Origin: Neoconidiobolus thromboides FSU 785
Taxonomy: Eukaryota; Fungi; Entomophthoromycota
NCBI GenBank assembly: GCA_025603075.1
Contig: MU626311.1
Location: 1 to 64,000 of the forward strand
Direction of reading: 5' to 3'
DNA: 64,000 nucleotides
Both the position numbers and the translations under genes were made by a program. The stretch's first letter is position 1. Each line of letters starts with the position of its first letter. A model generated the notes under the pieces. It worked only from the letters and a program-made list of their open reading frames with translations. It ran no database searches and had not been told where the DNA came from. Positions 14,301-27,760 of this stretch are shown piece after piece.

Positions 14301-14540
14301 CTTCTTGGTCCTCAAATAGTTCTTGTGTATTATCAACATTATAAAAGCCAGGTGTTCCTGGAGTATGTCCTTGTGGGCTATCCTCTTGCCCTTCACCTGC
14401 TGGCGAATTGATGTCAGATGGTGTACCGATTCGACTATTTCGATTATTTCTATTATCTCTGGTTCTCTTGTTATTTTGTGACTAAATAAGTAGGGTCAAT
14501 ATTTTTTACGTCTATGATTTAAGTTGGGTTTTATTACCAT
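11390..14540 (-). CDS. MCM2: DNA replication licensing factor MCM2
   Basis: Acidic N-terminal extension, SIAEW, zinc finger C..C, RLPRHREVILLWDL, GDPGTAKSQFLK, IDEFDKM, ILSRFD. Multi-exon; first exon appears to be ATG only. Confidence 0.95.
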
Positions 14541-14829
14541 TATAAAAAAGTCAAGATTGTAATTTTATTTTTTGTTGGTTTTATAAAATATTCCAATTAT
14601 TAGAATTTATCAATTTATTTTTTTTCGTTCAATAAGATGCTTCGAATTTAAAATCAATTCATCCAATAAAGTAAATTTGGACATCCCTTAATTTGTTAGA
14701 ATAAAATAAGCTAATATTATGAAAATATTACAGTATCATAGTTTCTATAATACATTAATTCTTTCAACTCTTATATTACTTTTGTATCACATTTGTTTAT
14801 CAGTGAAAGCGCTTCAGTTTTGATAAGTG

Positions 14830-16290
14830 CTTAAAGTGCTTTATATAAAGTTTAAATTATGGCCCAAAGGAGTATAATATTCTTATTAAGAGTGGCATCT
14901 CTACTACACTGATTCCTTAATACTATCTATTATTTAATAAGTGAAAGTAGTAACATTGTTTCATGTTAATATGAGCTCTAAACTCTATTAAAAAATATAT
15001 AAAGCTTCCATGAAGTTGAAGCTTTTTTCTTCAAGCCGTCGTTCTGATTTAAACTTATTAAATCCTCAATACTCAGCTTATACTGATAGTAGTCAATATT
15101 AGTTATAACAAGCATCTATATAAAACATAGTGTATCGAAATTTTGCTGTTTTAATATTCTATAAAAAATACCGTTTCACCAATAAATCCTTTTTAAAATA
15201 TTTTACCCCGTTTGAGTACAACTTTAAATTACAAGGTACAACTGGAAACATTTTTAACCTTCCAGGTTACGTTGGACGCAAATAATTACATCTTCAAATT
15301 TAGTAGAATTGAATTGGTTTCCATCAATAAAGTATTCTTTTATATCACTCTTCAATTTCGTCAAATCTGCGGATGTTTAGTTAAAAGATAAAGCATCCTA
15401 TTAAATAATTTAATACGACCTAATATTAAATAGTTATAAGTGATATAGTATTAAAGAATTCAATTTTGTATCAGATTTTACACTTCCATTTAATTTATCA
15501 ACAAGGTTTTCTGTTTACTACTATTATTACAGTTGAAGTAGCGATTGTTCTGCTGTTTCTTTTCCATTTGGTTTTTTCCCTGTGTCTGCATCCGATGCAC
15601 TGGTTAACGTGTTTAAAATGATAGTTTTATCCAAAATCCCTTTTTTACTTTCGATGGCTTCATATGCAAACAACAACTATCCAGTAAATTTGATTTATGA
15701 TATTAATCTATCACACTTTCCTTTTTTAAACACTCAATGTACAATATTGATTTGCTTGAAAACTTTGGTAAAAGTAAGCTTTTACAATCATGTTCTTTAA
15801 TAGTCAACTGATGTTAATATAATTTTTTTTTTCACAATGAGCTTTTCTATTTTTACAAAACATTAGTTTGTCAATAGTAGTTGACACTAAGCTCTATCTA
15901 TCTAATACTAAATATAGTCTTGGTAAAATTTGAGAGATATTACAGAAAGTTATTTTTTTGAAAGAACAAGTGAAACATACTTTCTTTGCTACAGCATCTG
16001 ATACAATTGATAGATCATTTCAACCTAATACAGCTGGATTAATTTATGTGATTATAATTTTAATACCTCTATTGTTTGTTCAAATAATGTCTCCAAGTCT
16101 TTGATACAATTTCAATATAAATGATAACTATCAGTAAACGGATGAATTCTGTAAATCATTGGAAATATTAAGTTTATCAACAAGCCTAATGTTTTTCTTA
16201 ACTGACCAAAATATACATTATATATTTTAACATGAGTCGAATATGACATGAAAATCACCATGATATAAAAAATAAGAGTAAACAAACTTT
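14830..16290 (-). pseudogene. Decayed paralog of the 1922-3862 P450
   Basis: Nucleotide homology to exon 1, the NTLINASDADTGKK exon, the ILYLLIKHPQ exon and the PERW exon, with indels, stops and an internal deletion. At least one intron boundary (before ILYLLIKHPQ) is retained. Confidence 0.8.
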
Positions 16291-16360
16291 CATTATTGTT
16301 ATTTTATACGTATTTTTAAAGAAAATCACAATATAAAAGTCAAAACAGAAATGTGAATAT

Positions 16361-16927
16361 GAGGATATATTTTTGTGTTTAAGAATTTTAGTAACAATTT
16401 TTCCGCTCAAATAGGGCTTAAAAAATGGAAAAAGTAATGAAGCTGTGAAATATCGCTTTGTCAGTCCTATGGTTAATTATAGCATAACAATCGTCTAAGC
16501 TGTTGTGTTCTCGAGTTCAGAGAAAATCAATCCCACGTTCTTAGTTTGATTTGATATGAGAATTTCTAGCTCCATCCCAAAGAATATTATCCCCTCATTT
16601 TGATATTTATACTTATCCGAGTATAAAAGAGATTATAAAACATAATAGCTCGAGGCTTTTTAACTGAATTATTTCCTAGTATCTCGAACATTTAATAAAA
16701 CCACTAAGTTTTCTTAATAGTATTTTACGTAGATTTTACATTAGTATTGTCTATTCTATTTGTCTTATATAGCTCGTAACCTATTACGTGCTATTCTTCA
16801 TAATCCAAGTCTATCTTAGTCACATAAACTAAGACCTTTCGACTTATAGTGTAGTCAACCCAGCAATAGCTGTTCTTGACTCCAAACCCTGAGTGCCAGA
16901 TTTCACAAAGCCAAAAAAAACATCGCC
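16361..16927 (+). mobile_element. MITE copy split by a solo LTR
   Basis: Left half 16361-16443, right half 16908-16927; outer flanks ATAT/ATAT. Confidence 0.9.
16444..16907 (+). mobile_element. Solo LTR (464 bp) of a Ty3/gypsy family
   Basis: TGTGAAAT...ATTTCACA termini, 4-bp TSD AAGC/AAGC; homologous to the LTR that follows integrase and PPT at 43006. Confidence 0.9.
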
Positions 16928-17043
16928 ATATTCTAACACAAATACATAGGGTAGGCAAGGTTTTAATGGCTATTTTTGAAAAAGCTACAAAAGTGATAAA
17001 AACGAAGAACAAAAAAAATGGAACAGTTATAAAATAAATATAT

Positions 17044-17142
17044 GGGAATGTTTTTTTTGACTTCATTATTTTTTCCATTTTTTAAGCCCTATTTGAGTGA
17101 AAAAACTATCATTAAAATCCTTAAACATAAAAATACATCCCC
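17044..17142 (-). mobile_element. ~98-bp MITE copy
   Basis: Flanks ATAT/ATAT. Confidence 0.85.
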
Positions 17143-17214
17143 ATATAAAGCTTTATATAAATATAGCAGCTCTGATATATAAAAATAAAATAGTTTTTTT
17201 ATCAAGCATTATAT

Positions 17215-17313
17215 GGAGATGTTTTTTTTGACTTCATTGCTTTTTCTATCTTTTAAGCGCTATTTAAGTGAAAAAATTGTTAGTAAAACACCCAAATATA
17301 AAAATACATCTCC
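17215..17313 (-). mobile_element. ~98-bp MITE copy
   Basis: Flanks ATAT/ATAT. Confidence 0.85.
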
Positions 17314-17475
17314 ATATATATTATTAAAGGCATTCAAAAAAGAAAAAAATGCTCAAAAATATATTTGAACTTTTTTAAATAAATATTTATATTGTAGTTG
17401 TGATAAATAAATTATTATTATTATTAAATTATTATAAAGATTACTATAGAAAACCTTGAAAGAATAATATCAGGG

Positions 17476-17940
17476 TGTGAAATATCGTCTTGTCAGCTCT
17501 ATGATTGGTTATAGCATAGCAATCACTTAAGTTGTTGTGTTCTCGAGCTCAGAGACAATTAATCCCATGCCCTTATTTTGATTTGATATGAGGATTTCTG
17601 TCATGTAATTCCGAAGGACATTATCCTCCCCGTTTTGACATCCATAATTGTCAGAGTATAAAAAAGACTTTAGAATACAGTAACTTGAGGCTTTTTAACT
17701 GACTTATTCCCTGATATCGTACCTTTAATAGAGTCACTAAGTCTTTCTGGTGGTATTTTATGTAGATTTTATAGTAGCATTATCTACTATATTTCTCTTA
17801 CATAGTCTGTAGCCTATTATGCGCTATTCTTCTTAATTCAAGTCTATCTTAGCCACATAAATTAAGACCTTTCGACTTATAGTGTAGTCAACCAAGCAAG
17901 AACTGCTCTTGGCTCCAACCACTGAATACCAGATTTCACA
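17476..17940 (+). mobile_element. Solo LTR (465 bp), same family as 16444
   Basis: TGTGAAAT...ATTTCACA termini; flanks AGGG/CTTT do not match. Confidence 0.9.
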
Positions 17941-18063
17941 CTTTTCATTAAACTATTCTTTTATAATATATTTTTAATAAGGTAATTAAATTTTATAATA
18001 ATGTTTGTTTTGTATAGTTTATAGCTTATTATATATTATTTTTGTTAACTTAAGTTTATTTTT

Positions 18064-18123
18064 CAACCCCTGTTTGAGCGGAAAATTTGTTAATAAAATC
18101 CCTAGACACAAAAATACATCCCT
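18064..18123 (-). mobile_element. Partial MITE copy
   Basis: TTTGAGCGGAAAATTTGTTAATAAAATCCCTAGACACAAAAATACATCCCT matches one half of the consensus. Confidence 0.75.
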
Positions 18124-18360
18124 ATATTTTAATTTAAAGCCAGTCAATTAATAAAAGTTGCTTTTGATTATAATTATTAAATACTAACTTTTATAATGTC
18201 AGAGCTTATATACACTATTTTATCTTTTTAATTAAAATTATCTTTATTAGTTTATATAATTCATTGACAGATATTTCGTATTTATAAATTAAAGTTTATT
18301 TTGACTATACAGCTTAAAACTTATTAATTATCAGCTTCGTTTAAAGTTATAATATTATAT

Positions 18361-18456
18361 GGGGATGTGTTTTTATATTCAAGGATTTTGCTAACAATTC
18401 TTCCGCTCAAACAGGGCTTAAAAAAATGGAAAGTAATGAAACCAAAAAACATCCTC
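18361..18456 (+). mobile_element. ~98-bp MITE copy
   Basis: GGGGATGT...ACATCCTC; flanks ATAT/ATTT. Confidence 0.85.
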
Positions 18457-18708
18457 ATTTACTAAATTTAAACTAAAATATAAATAAAAATATAATATTA
18501 ACTTTTTATATAATTTTTTTTAACTGGTTAAAACTAATATAATAAAAGTAACTTCTAGTACTGTAGTTTTTTATTTGGAAATAAAAAATAAAAAATTTAC
18601 TTATGGTTATTTTAAATTTTATTTTAAAAAATAACTAAATAAATAATAGTAAAATGTTTAAAATAGTAAACCATCTTATAGATTAAAAAAACTAGAATTC
18701 TATAAAAT

Positions 18709-18801
18709 GAGGGTTTTTTGGTTTCATTACTTTTTCCATTCTTGAGCCCTATTTGAGCAGAAAATTTATTAGCAAAATTCTTAAACAAAAAATACACCCT
18801 C
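18709..18801 (-). mobile_element. ~98-bp MITE copy
   Basis: Flanks AAAT/AAAT. Confidence 0.85.
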
Positions 18802-19286
18802 AAATGTTATTTTAAAATAAGACTAAAAGTATAAAAACTATAGCTTTAATTTAATTTCTAATTATTTTGATGTTGAAGTAAACTTTAACCACGCTAATAC
18901 TAATAAATAAGTAGTTTTATTAACTTAGAAAGTGTTTTATTTTTACTCATTTTTAAATTATTAAAAACGACAGATAATTAAAAATTTATATACAAAATTA
19001 GTTCTTAGCTAAATAAAGGCTTAAAAGACCAAATGAGTAAATATCTGGATTAAAAGATTATAAGTTATATTAAAACTATAAGCAGCTGTAATTAAAAATT
19101 AATTGTTTAATATTGACTCTGAGTTTTTTATTTGTTAAAAATATATTTTTATCTAATATTTAGAACTTTCCAGTATAAACTTAATAACTTATAATTACAA
19201 TTGAATTTAGTTAAATAATTCAGCTGTGGTATTAGCCAAGCTTCACTAATTATAAAAATTAATTAAGTTCAGTATTTAAGAACTTA

Positions 19287-19594
19287 AACTAGTTGCAGTT
19301 AGATTTGCAAATATTTGGTTTAAAAGCATTTTTATATAGTTTAATTAGAATGTCTAAATTTAGAAACTTGATTTTTTTCATTCAATTACGACTTATAAAG
19401 ATGGAGAAATAATGGTCTCATTGATTTTAAGTATAGAATGTAACTTAAATAACACTAATAAGCAGCTAATTACAAAACTTGGGGTGAAATTTATCTGACA
19501 AAAATATGGTGACATACTTTTTAGATACAATTTTTGACGCAGAAAATACAAATATTTTTAAACCAAATATTTGCAAACTTAACTGCAACTAGTT
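19287..19594. mobile_element. Candidate second non-autonomous TIR element (~300 bp)
   Basis: GCAGTTAGATTTGCAAATATTTGGTTTAAAA (19295-19325) is mirrored at 19556-19586 with 2 mismatches; palindromic AACTAGTT on both outer sides. Confidence 0.5.
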
Positions 19595-19714
19595 CTACTA
19601 TTAGAAAGTGAAGAACTGGAGATAGTTGGCTTGAGCCAATCAGCTTAAAGTTACGAAATTAGCACTTTAATAAAATTAGCTACAACTATTTTCTAGAAAG
19701 TAAAATAAATTCAA

Positions 19715-22700
19715 ATGAGCCACAGTAAAAAAGAGAGTGGAGGGAAAAGTAGTCATCTATCGAAATTCAATCCAATCCCTTATCTGTTAACGAAGAGCAC
19801 TTCCAGTACTAAAGAAAGCAAAAACGGCTTGGATAAGTTTGCTACCATTGGTGATAAAAATAGCAGTTTAAAAGCAATAGGTATGGACTCTAGGAGTACA
19901 TTGAACGGTAACAGCCCGTTTTTGGATCAAAAGAAAGATTACAGTACTGTAAAAATTAACCCGTTTTTAGCAGCGGAGAGCCATGATAGTAATAATAATA
20001 GTTTAAATCGGAGCTATACATTGAACTCAAGGAGCATGAGTAAGGTTAAATCACTAAATAATTTGAAACAAGAGGTGGGAGACTTGAGTAAAAATCATTC
20101 TTTAAATGCAGTTAAAAAGGATAAAATTAGGCCGATCAAATCATCGTTTTTAAAAAACTCAACAAACACCTTTTCAAACATGTTTCCAAAGATGGATTTT
20201 TTTAGTAAAAGTAACTCATATAAAGAAGAGACTATGATCGCAAGATCCATCTCAGAAAATATCAAAAATGAGGAAGAAGAAACAGGTAATTGATTTTCAT
20301 TATTATAGAGTATTAAACAAACCTTATTTCAACTAATTATTAGCGAAAGCAGAGTTAATTGCGAGGTCAACTTCAGAACAAATATTTACAGAAGAGCCAT
20401 GCGATGAGTATGAGGATGAGGAACCCTCAATCTCTTATTTGAATGACAACTCAGCTTATGAGTGGATCAATCAAGCTTTAACACAAGATTCGGATATCTA
20501 TTCAACAAAGCAAGTATTCGTTTATGGGGCTTTATTTTCCGAAGTATCATATTATTTTTATGAATATTTATTTCATCAAAGTCAAAATACGTGGCCCAAA
20601 CTATTTAGTGGCAGTGAAGCAATAGTAAATTTAATTTTAGTTTAGTTTAAAAATTAATCAAATGTTAGGACACAATATGTAAAATCATTGACCAAACAGA
20701 TCGAAGATTGGCATTGCTGATAGGGAGGTCTTTAGAAGCTCAAGGTTTTATTTACCATACAAACCACGAAGCAAAATTGACAGATTCTACATATGAAATT
20801 TACCAATTAGATATAAAGTTAGAAAATAAAAATTTAAACGAAGCTAAAGCAGTGCTACCCAATGGGGTATTTACTTTATTGACTGAGTGTTATTCCCCTA
20901 CATGTACAGATGATAATAAGTGCTACTCAATATCATGTCCTAGAAAAGTCAATCATTTAGGAATGACTATTCATGATAATCATGATCATAATCAGACCAG
21001 TGATAAGAAAAAAGAAAAAGTAAATTTATTTATAAATGCTTTACTATTATTAATATTTTAAAAGTTATGGGAAAATTTCGTTGAGCCTGAAATAGTAGCT
21101 TCGGTATCAGATAAAGAAAGAAAAAGACAAGAGATTATCTTTGAATTAGTATATACGGAATTGGACTTTGTATCGGATCTGAAAGTAATCCAAGAGGTAA
21201 TCTAAGATAATAGAAAAGTATTAGCATTGTTAAATATACCTAGGTCTATCTGATGCCGATCCATTGTGAAGATATTATAGAAGATGAAGAGCAACGAAGC
21301 AGTTTTATTGAAGAAGTTTTCTTGAATGTTTTGGAAATCCAAAAGGCCTCCTTTGAATTATCTATGGCTTTAAAAGAGTTACAAGAACAGCAGCCTGTGA
21401 TTGTTTCAATTGGGAGATTGTTTTTGGATTATTTGAAGTGCTTTGAACCTTTTAAAGAATATGGCGCTAACCAAGTTTATGCTAAGAGGAGATTAGCTAG
21501 AGACATTAAATCTAATACAGCTTTGGATGAGTTTCTTAAAGTAAAATTTGTTATTAGCTAAACTAATTATATTAATGCGATTTTCCGTTTAGGAACAAAC
21601 CAAGCATCCAGAGTGTAGGAAGTTACCTATACAGAGTTTTTTAGCAAGGCCAACGACTAGATTAGGTCGATATCCTCTGCTTTTAGAAGCCATATTAAAA
21701 TATACAGAGATAGAAAATGAGGATCAAGTTAACTTACCTAAAGTTATACAGGGAATCAAAGATATATTGTCTGAGATCAATATAAGGGCAGGAAAAGCAG
21801 ATAATCGAGTTAAATTAGAAGATTTACATTCCCATTTGATTGGAAATCAAGAAATTATTGATGTAAATATTTTTAAAACATCATTAATAGTTAGCTCATA
21901 ATGTTTTAAATAGGAATTAAATTTATTACATGAATCAAGAATATTGATAAGGGAAGGGGTCTTTAAGAAAAAGTTTGGAGTAGAAAATGGAGATCTGCAC
22001 TGTTTTTTGTTGGACCACTATTTTTTGATGACTAAGAAGCGCAAAAGTAGTAAAAAAGAAGATGGATTTGAATACAAAATATCTAAAAAAGTAGGGAAAC
22101 ATATATTACTAGAACAACTATAATATTTACATTGACATTTTTAGCCTATCCGGTTAGACTTATTACACTTACCTGATCATTTGGAAACGCCGCAGAACAG
22201 AACACAAGCTACAAATACGTTGAGCTTGCCTTTAGAGCAAGGAAAATCTAACTTTCAAATCATTTTAACTCACCTTGGTAAGCAAGGATCAAGTTATACT
22301 TTATTATGCAGTACACAAACAGAAAAGGATGGCTGGAAGAATATTATCCTAGAACAAAGAAACAAAATTTTGTTAAAAAATATGGTGTTCAAGCCTGTGC
22401 TCTTGGCTAATCCTACCAATTGTAGTGCACCTACAATTAACTGTTCCGCTGTTTATGGTAACTTTTGTTATGAATTATTTTTAATTAGGCTTAACCTACT
22501 ATCTTAACAGAAACTAATTGTACGTTGTTGATTGGTTCAGATGATGGGATCTATTCAAAGCATGTAGACCAGGATAGCTTTGAATTGTTGATTAACACAA
22601 AGTTTGTCAATCAAGTTGAAGTCCTAGAAGATTGTGATTTGTTATTAGTGTTAGCAGGTAAAAATAACATAAGATGATTTATAAGTATATATTTAAAAAT

Positions 22701-23719
22701 CAATATCATAGAGCGTATATTATATTATATAACCTTAACTAGTTTATATGGTTCAGATGACAAAAAGGAATTAGTTAAAATCAAAACAAACATTGATTTC
22801 TTTTCGGTTGGTTTGTGTTTAGAAAGGACATTGATATGTGCAGTAAAGTCAACGGCCTTATCTACCACATTTAAAATTTACCAACCCACTAATTCTATTC
22901 CTAAAAAAGGAGCTAATGTCCCAAAATCCTTTTTTTCTACCTTTTCAACTTCTTCCAGCCAGCTAGTTGCTTTTTTTAAAGTAAGTTTTTAATTCAAAGC
23001 GTACTTGTATTAGTTTGTTTATTTTTATTACAGGAGTTTTATATTCCTAGTGAAGCTTTCAACGTTTATTTTTTAAAGAGTAAAATATGTGTCGCTTGTA
23101 CCCGTGGGTTTGAAGTGTTAGACTTCAATCTTAATCCACAAAGTAACTTATGATAACGATTATATTTAAGTACATAGTATTAATTATTTCTAGGTTTATT
23201 AGATCCTTCAGATGAAAACTTAAATTTTGTAATTAATCGAGGAGAAACAGTTAAGCCTATTGCATTTTATAGGATTAAAGATGGTTCTTTTTTTGTTTGC
23301 TTTGATGGTAAATAATAATATTGTTTGTTTTAGCTATATTAAACAAAATAATTTAAATAGAATTTGGGTTCCATATTGACAGAGCAGGTAAACTAGATAC
23401 AAATGGACAAGTGATTAATTGGTATGGTGCGCCCAAATCGTTTGCTTTATGTTATCCATTTTTGATGGCCTTTTCTAACTGTTTTATTGAGGTATGGAAT
23501 TTGGAGAATTTTCAGTTAGAACAAACGATATTATCTAACTCAATCAAAGCTTTAAGAACTAAAAGTGATGCTATTCACTATTTAGAAAACCATGATACTT
23601 ATCAATTAAATGGATTGCTTCTAAATAAAACAAACCCTTCTTATTTGGCTTTTAGAAAAGGCCTTAGATCGCAAAGAGTTAATAAAAGGAGAGGAATCGT
23701 TGGTAAAGATGCCCTTTAA
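19715..23719 (+). CDS. Rho1 guanine-nucleotide exchange factor, Rom1/Rom2/Rgf type (DEP-DH-PH-CNH), multi-exon
   Basis: CYSPTC..CYSISCPR; DH motifs ERKRQEIIFELVYTELDFVSDL and FLARPTTRLGRYPLLLEAILK; PH region; CNH-like C-terminus (PKSFALCYPFLMAF). Confidence 0.9.
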
Positions 23720-23950
23720 TTTAAATTTAATCACATCCCAAAATACTCACTCCGTCTTTTTCTTCTCCTTTTTTTCCCATCTTAATTTTCACAAACTTAA
23801 TTTAATAAATAGTGTTTTTAAATAGCGGTTGTTAAGGTTTAATATTATTGTCATTAAATGAGCTTGGATAATAAAGTATAAGTAAATATTAGATGTTTGA
23901 AATTTAGAATATTTACAAAATTAATAAATTTAAAGCTTATTTCAATATTT

Positions 23951-24047
23951 GAGGATGTATTTTTTTGGTTAAGGATTTTATTAACAATCTTTTCACTCAA
24001 ATAGCGCTTAAAAGATAGAAAAAGTGAAAGACCAAAAAAACATCTTC
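23951..24047 (+). mobile_element. ~98-bp MITE copy ~120 bp upstream of the MCM7 ATG
   Basis: Flanks ATTT/ATTT. Confidence 0.85.
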
Positions 24048-24164
24048 ATTTATTTAATTTTAAATTAAGATCAAAATAGAGTCTTATGATTGGCCTATCA
24101 CTAAAAACCAATAAAAATTTAAGGGATAATTTTGTGCAGCTTGAATTAACTTTTTTTAACAAAA

Positions 24165-26626
24165 ATGTCCAAACTTGCAACGCTTCAAGTAAACGTAAAA
24201 TATGATGAAGAATTAGGTACATTAAACTAAAGAATAGTTAGTAAAGATAGTCTTACTTACTCTTAATTTTTAGATTTAATTTCAAATTTTTTGGAAAAAT
24301 GCCAAATTAACGGTACTTCTAAATTTAAACCTTTGTTAGTAAGTTGTTACTAGCAATTTCATTCGTATTTATTAATCATTCTATAGCAAAAAGTAGCTGA
24401 CCGCGAGTTGGACCAGATAATTGTAGAATTAGACGATATAGCTAAAGTAAATCACAAACCACTTTAAGTAAACTTACAACTCACTTCAACTTTTAGTTTG
24501 AAAACAGTGAATATGGATTAGCCAAGAGGATAACCGACAATGCCAAGACTTATTTAGAACTTTTTTCCTACATCTTTGATTCTATTTTACCTACACCATC
24601 TAGAGTATTAAATGTCAAAGATGATGTAGTTGATGTCATTATGGCCCAGCGTCAGCAAAGAGGTGCTGAATCTAATGGGAATGGTGACACCGACACTCAG
24701 GAAAATCCTGCATTTCCACCACTTTTGACTAGAAGATTGTAATTAAGTTTGAAATTTATTAATCGTTTCTAATATTTCTTAGTACCGTAGCGTTTAAGCC
24801 ACTATCAAGTAGAAAAAGCTTAGCTGTTCGTGAGCTTAAAGCACCTCACGTCGGTAAGCTGTTAACTGTTCGTGGTATTGTTACTAGAGTTACAGATGTT
24901 AAGCCTTTGTTGGTCGTAAACGCTTACAGCTGTGAACAGTGTGGTTGTGAGATCTTCCAAGAGGTCAAAAGTAAGACGTTTAACCCATTGATTGAGTGCC
25001 CTTCAGAAGGATGTAAAAAAAACAACCGAAAGGGTAAGCTTCAGATGCAAACTAGATCCTCAAAGTTTTTGAAGTTTCAAGAAGCTAAGATACAAGAGAT
25101 GGTAGACTTTAAAAACTCACTTTAAAAATCTAATATTAATAATCGTTTAGGCTGATCAAGTTCCTGTTGGACATACTCCGAGATATACTACTATACATCT
25201 TTATGAAGAACTCACCAGAAGTATGAACCCAGGTGATATTGTTGATGTATCTGGGATATTTCTTACAACCCCGTTTAGTGGATTTAAAGCTTTAAGAGCT
25301 GGTCTATTAACGGATACTTTTTTACAAGCCCAATTTGTATATCAACATAAGAATCGAGCAGAAAATGATATTGATGAAGCAACGCTTGAAAAAGTGGAAG
25401 AGCTCAAACAAGAGCCACTAATCTACGACATACTTGCTAGAAGTATAGCGCCTGAAATTTATGGACATGAGGATGTTAAAAAAGCCCTCCTTTTACTTTT
25501 AGTAGGTGGAGGTACAAAAACAACGGATGATGGGATGAAGATTCGTGGTGATATCAACATCTGCCTTATGGGTGATCCTGGTGTGGCTAAATCTCAATTA
25601 TTGAAGTTTATTACAAAAATTTCACCAAGAGCTGTGTATACCACTGGTAGAGGATCTTCTGGGGTTGGTTTAACTGCAGCAGTAATGCGCGATCCAATTA
25701 CTGAAGAGCTTGTATTGGAAGGGGGAGCTTTAGTTTTAGCAGATAATGGTATCTGTTGTATTGATGAGTTTGATAAAATGGACGAAAATGACCGTACAGC
25801 TATTCATGAAGTTATGGAACAACAAACAATTAGTATCTCCAAAGCAGGTATCAACACCACTTTGAATGCACGTACCTCTATCCTCGCTGCTGCCAATCCA
25901 GCATTTGGACGTTATAATATTCATCGTTCTATAACAGATAACATTAATTTACCAGCCGCTCTCTTGTCTCGTTTTGATATGATCTTTTTGTTGCTTGATT
26001 TACCTTCATTTGAGTTAGATAGGAATTTAGCACAGCATGTGACCCAGGTGCATATGAATAATGCTATCCCAAATACAGAAAACGAATATCTTTCACCAGA
26101 GGTATTGCGTAATTATATCACTCAAGCTAAGAATGTCAATTGTAGCATCCCAAAAAATGTAGCTGATGAGATCGTTAGTAACTATGTATTGATGAGAGAA
26201 AAATCGGAAAATACTAATGATAAGAATAATAATATCATCACTGCACGTGGTTTGTTAGCAATTATTCGTTTATCTTTAGCACTTGCAAGACTTCACTTCA
26301 GAGAAACTGTAGAGAAGGGAGATGTAATTGAAGCTATACGTTTGATCACAGTAACCAAAGCAGGCCTTGAAGAGTCACTCAATTCTCAACGTGGATTATA
26401 TAACAAAAATAAGAATAAGGATAGCCAAATTTTTGGAATTATTCGTCGTATGTTTATGGATAACAATCAAGATGGTACCAATAAGTTGAGGATTAAAGAT
26501 ATCTCTGATAAGGTCACTACAAATGGATTTACAATCCAAGAGTTGAACCATTGCCTTGTGTTGTATAAGGAGAAAAATGTATGGACTATGATAGATAATG
26601 ATACAAAGCTTGCTATGATTAATTAA
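24165..26626 (+). CDS. MCM7: DNA replication licensing factor MCM7
   Basis: [32 protein letters not shown] zinc finger, [27 protein letters not shown]; several short 5' exons. Confidence 0.95.
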
Positions 26627-27041
26627 AAGATCTTTTTGTTAAAATTTGTTCTTTAAATAAGTAGTAACTGGGCTTTGTAATTTGATTAAGGTAGCAGTAT
26701 TTTAATAAAGATTAGGCTATATCTTTACTAAGTTACTTTAATTTCCTAAACCGTTTTATTATTTCAAAATTTTTTATTTAGTATTGACTAAATTCCTATT
26801 ATTTGAATTATAAAATATTAAATAAAATAGTTTTTGGATGGTGTTCTTTAATAATACAGCTTGTGAAATAATATACACTTTGACAGTAAATTAGGGTTAA
26901 AAGTTGAGAATAATAATATAATTTAATAATTAAAAAAGGTAGACAAATTTATCAACCTGATTGAATAAAAGTCAAAGAATCCCAACAAAAAAACTATATG
27001 ATACATACTTAACTCTAAAGCCAAAGGAGAAAAGAGGCTCT

Positions 27042-27760
27042 TTATGTCTTTGCTTTAGGCTTTGTTGTCGAACTAACACCTGCCTTCTTTTGATAAGCAG
27101 TTCGAAATTTATCTAAACCAAGTTGAAACCGATTTCTAAACGTAATTTGTTCCTTCGATAATTTTAAATCGTGATTTGTACTTAGTACCTTTAATTCCTT
27201 TTCTTTTTTATGAAACTGAATTTTATAGTTTGCTAATACTCGATTAATCCGCGAAACGAATCTGAATCATAAATAAAATGGAATGTTTTTAAAAATAACT
27301 AAGCTTACCTTTTAGACTGCCAAATATTTTCACTACTAAGTAATAATAAAAACACGGATAATAAAATAAACAACATAAACTTATTCGTTGAAATCCAAAA
27401 GGGATCCTATAAGACAATTTTAGGTACTAATTTAAATCAATCATCCAAAACCTTTACCTTTAAGTTACTAAAATTGATCAACCATAAAAAATAGCCAATA
27501 AGGAAAGAAAGAGCGAATAACATAGCTAAAGAATATTTTATAAATAAATTTAGCTTAATATGTCATTAATAGTCCCTACCATAATACTGCCTCTGTCGAA
27601 ACTTAAATAATTTTAAACTATATTTAAGTCTTTCTTCAAAAATAATAAAATCTCTGTAAGCCACAATATTATCTTTTAAATTCATTTTTGCTTGCCCTGT
27701 ATCTTCTTTCCCTTCTCCTTTGGGCTCCTTTTTAACTTGACTCCCTTTTTCTGGTTCCAT
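27042..27760 (-). CDS. Spo7/NEP1-R1-like regulatory subunit of the nuclear-envelope Nem1 phosphatase
   Basis: YRDFIIFEERLK...RQY, two hydrophobic segments, RFVSRINRVLANYKI, C-terminal KFRTAY; multi-exon. Confidence 0.7.
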
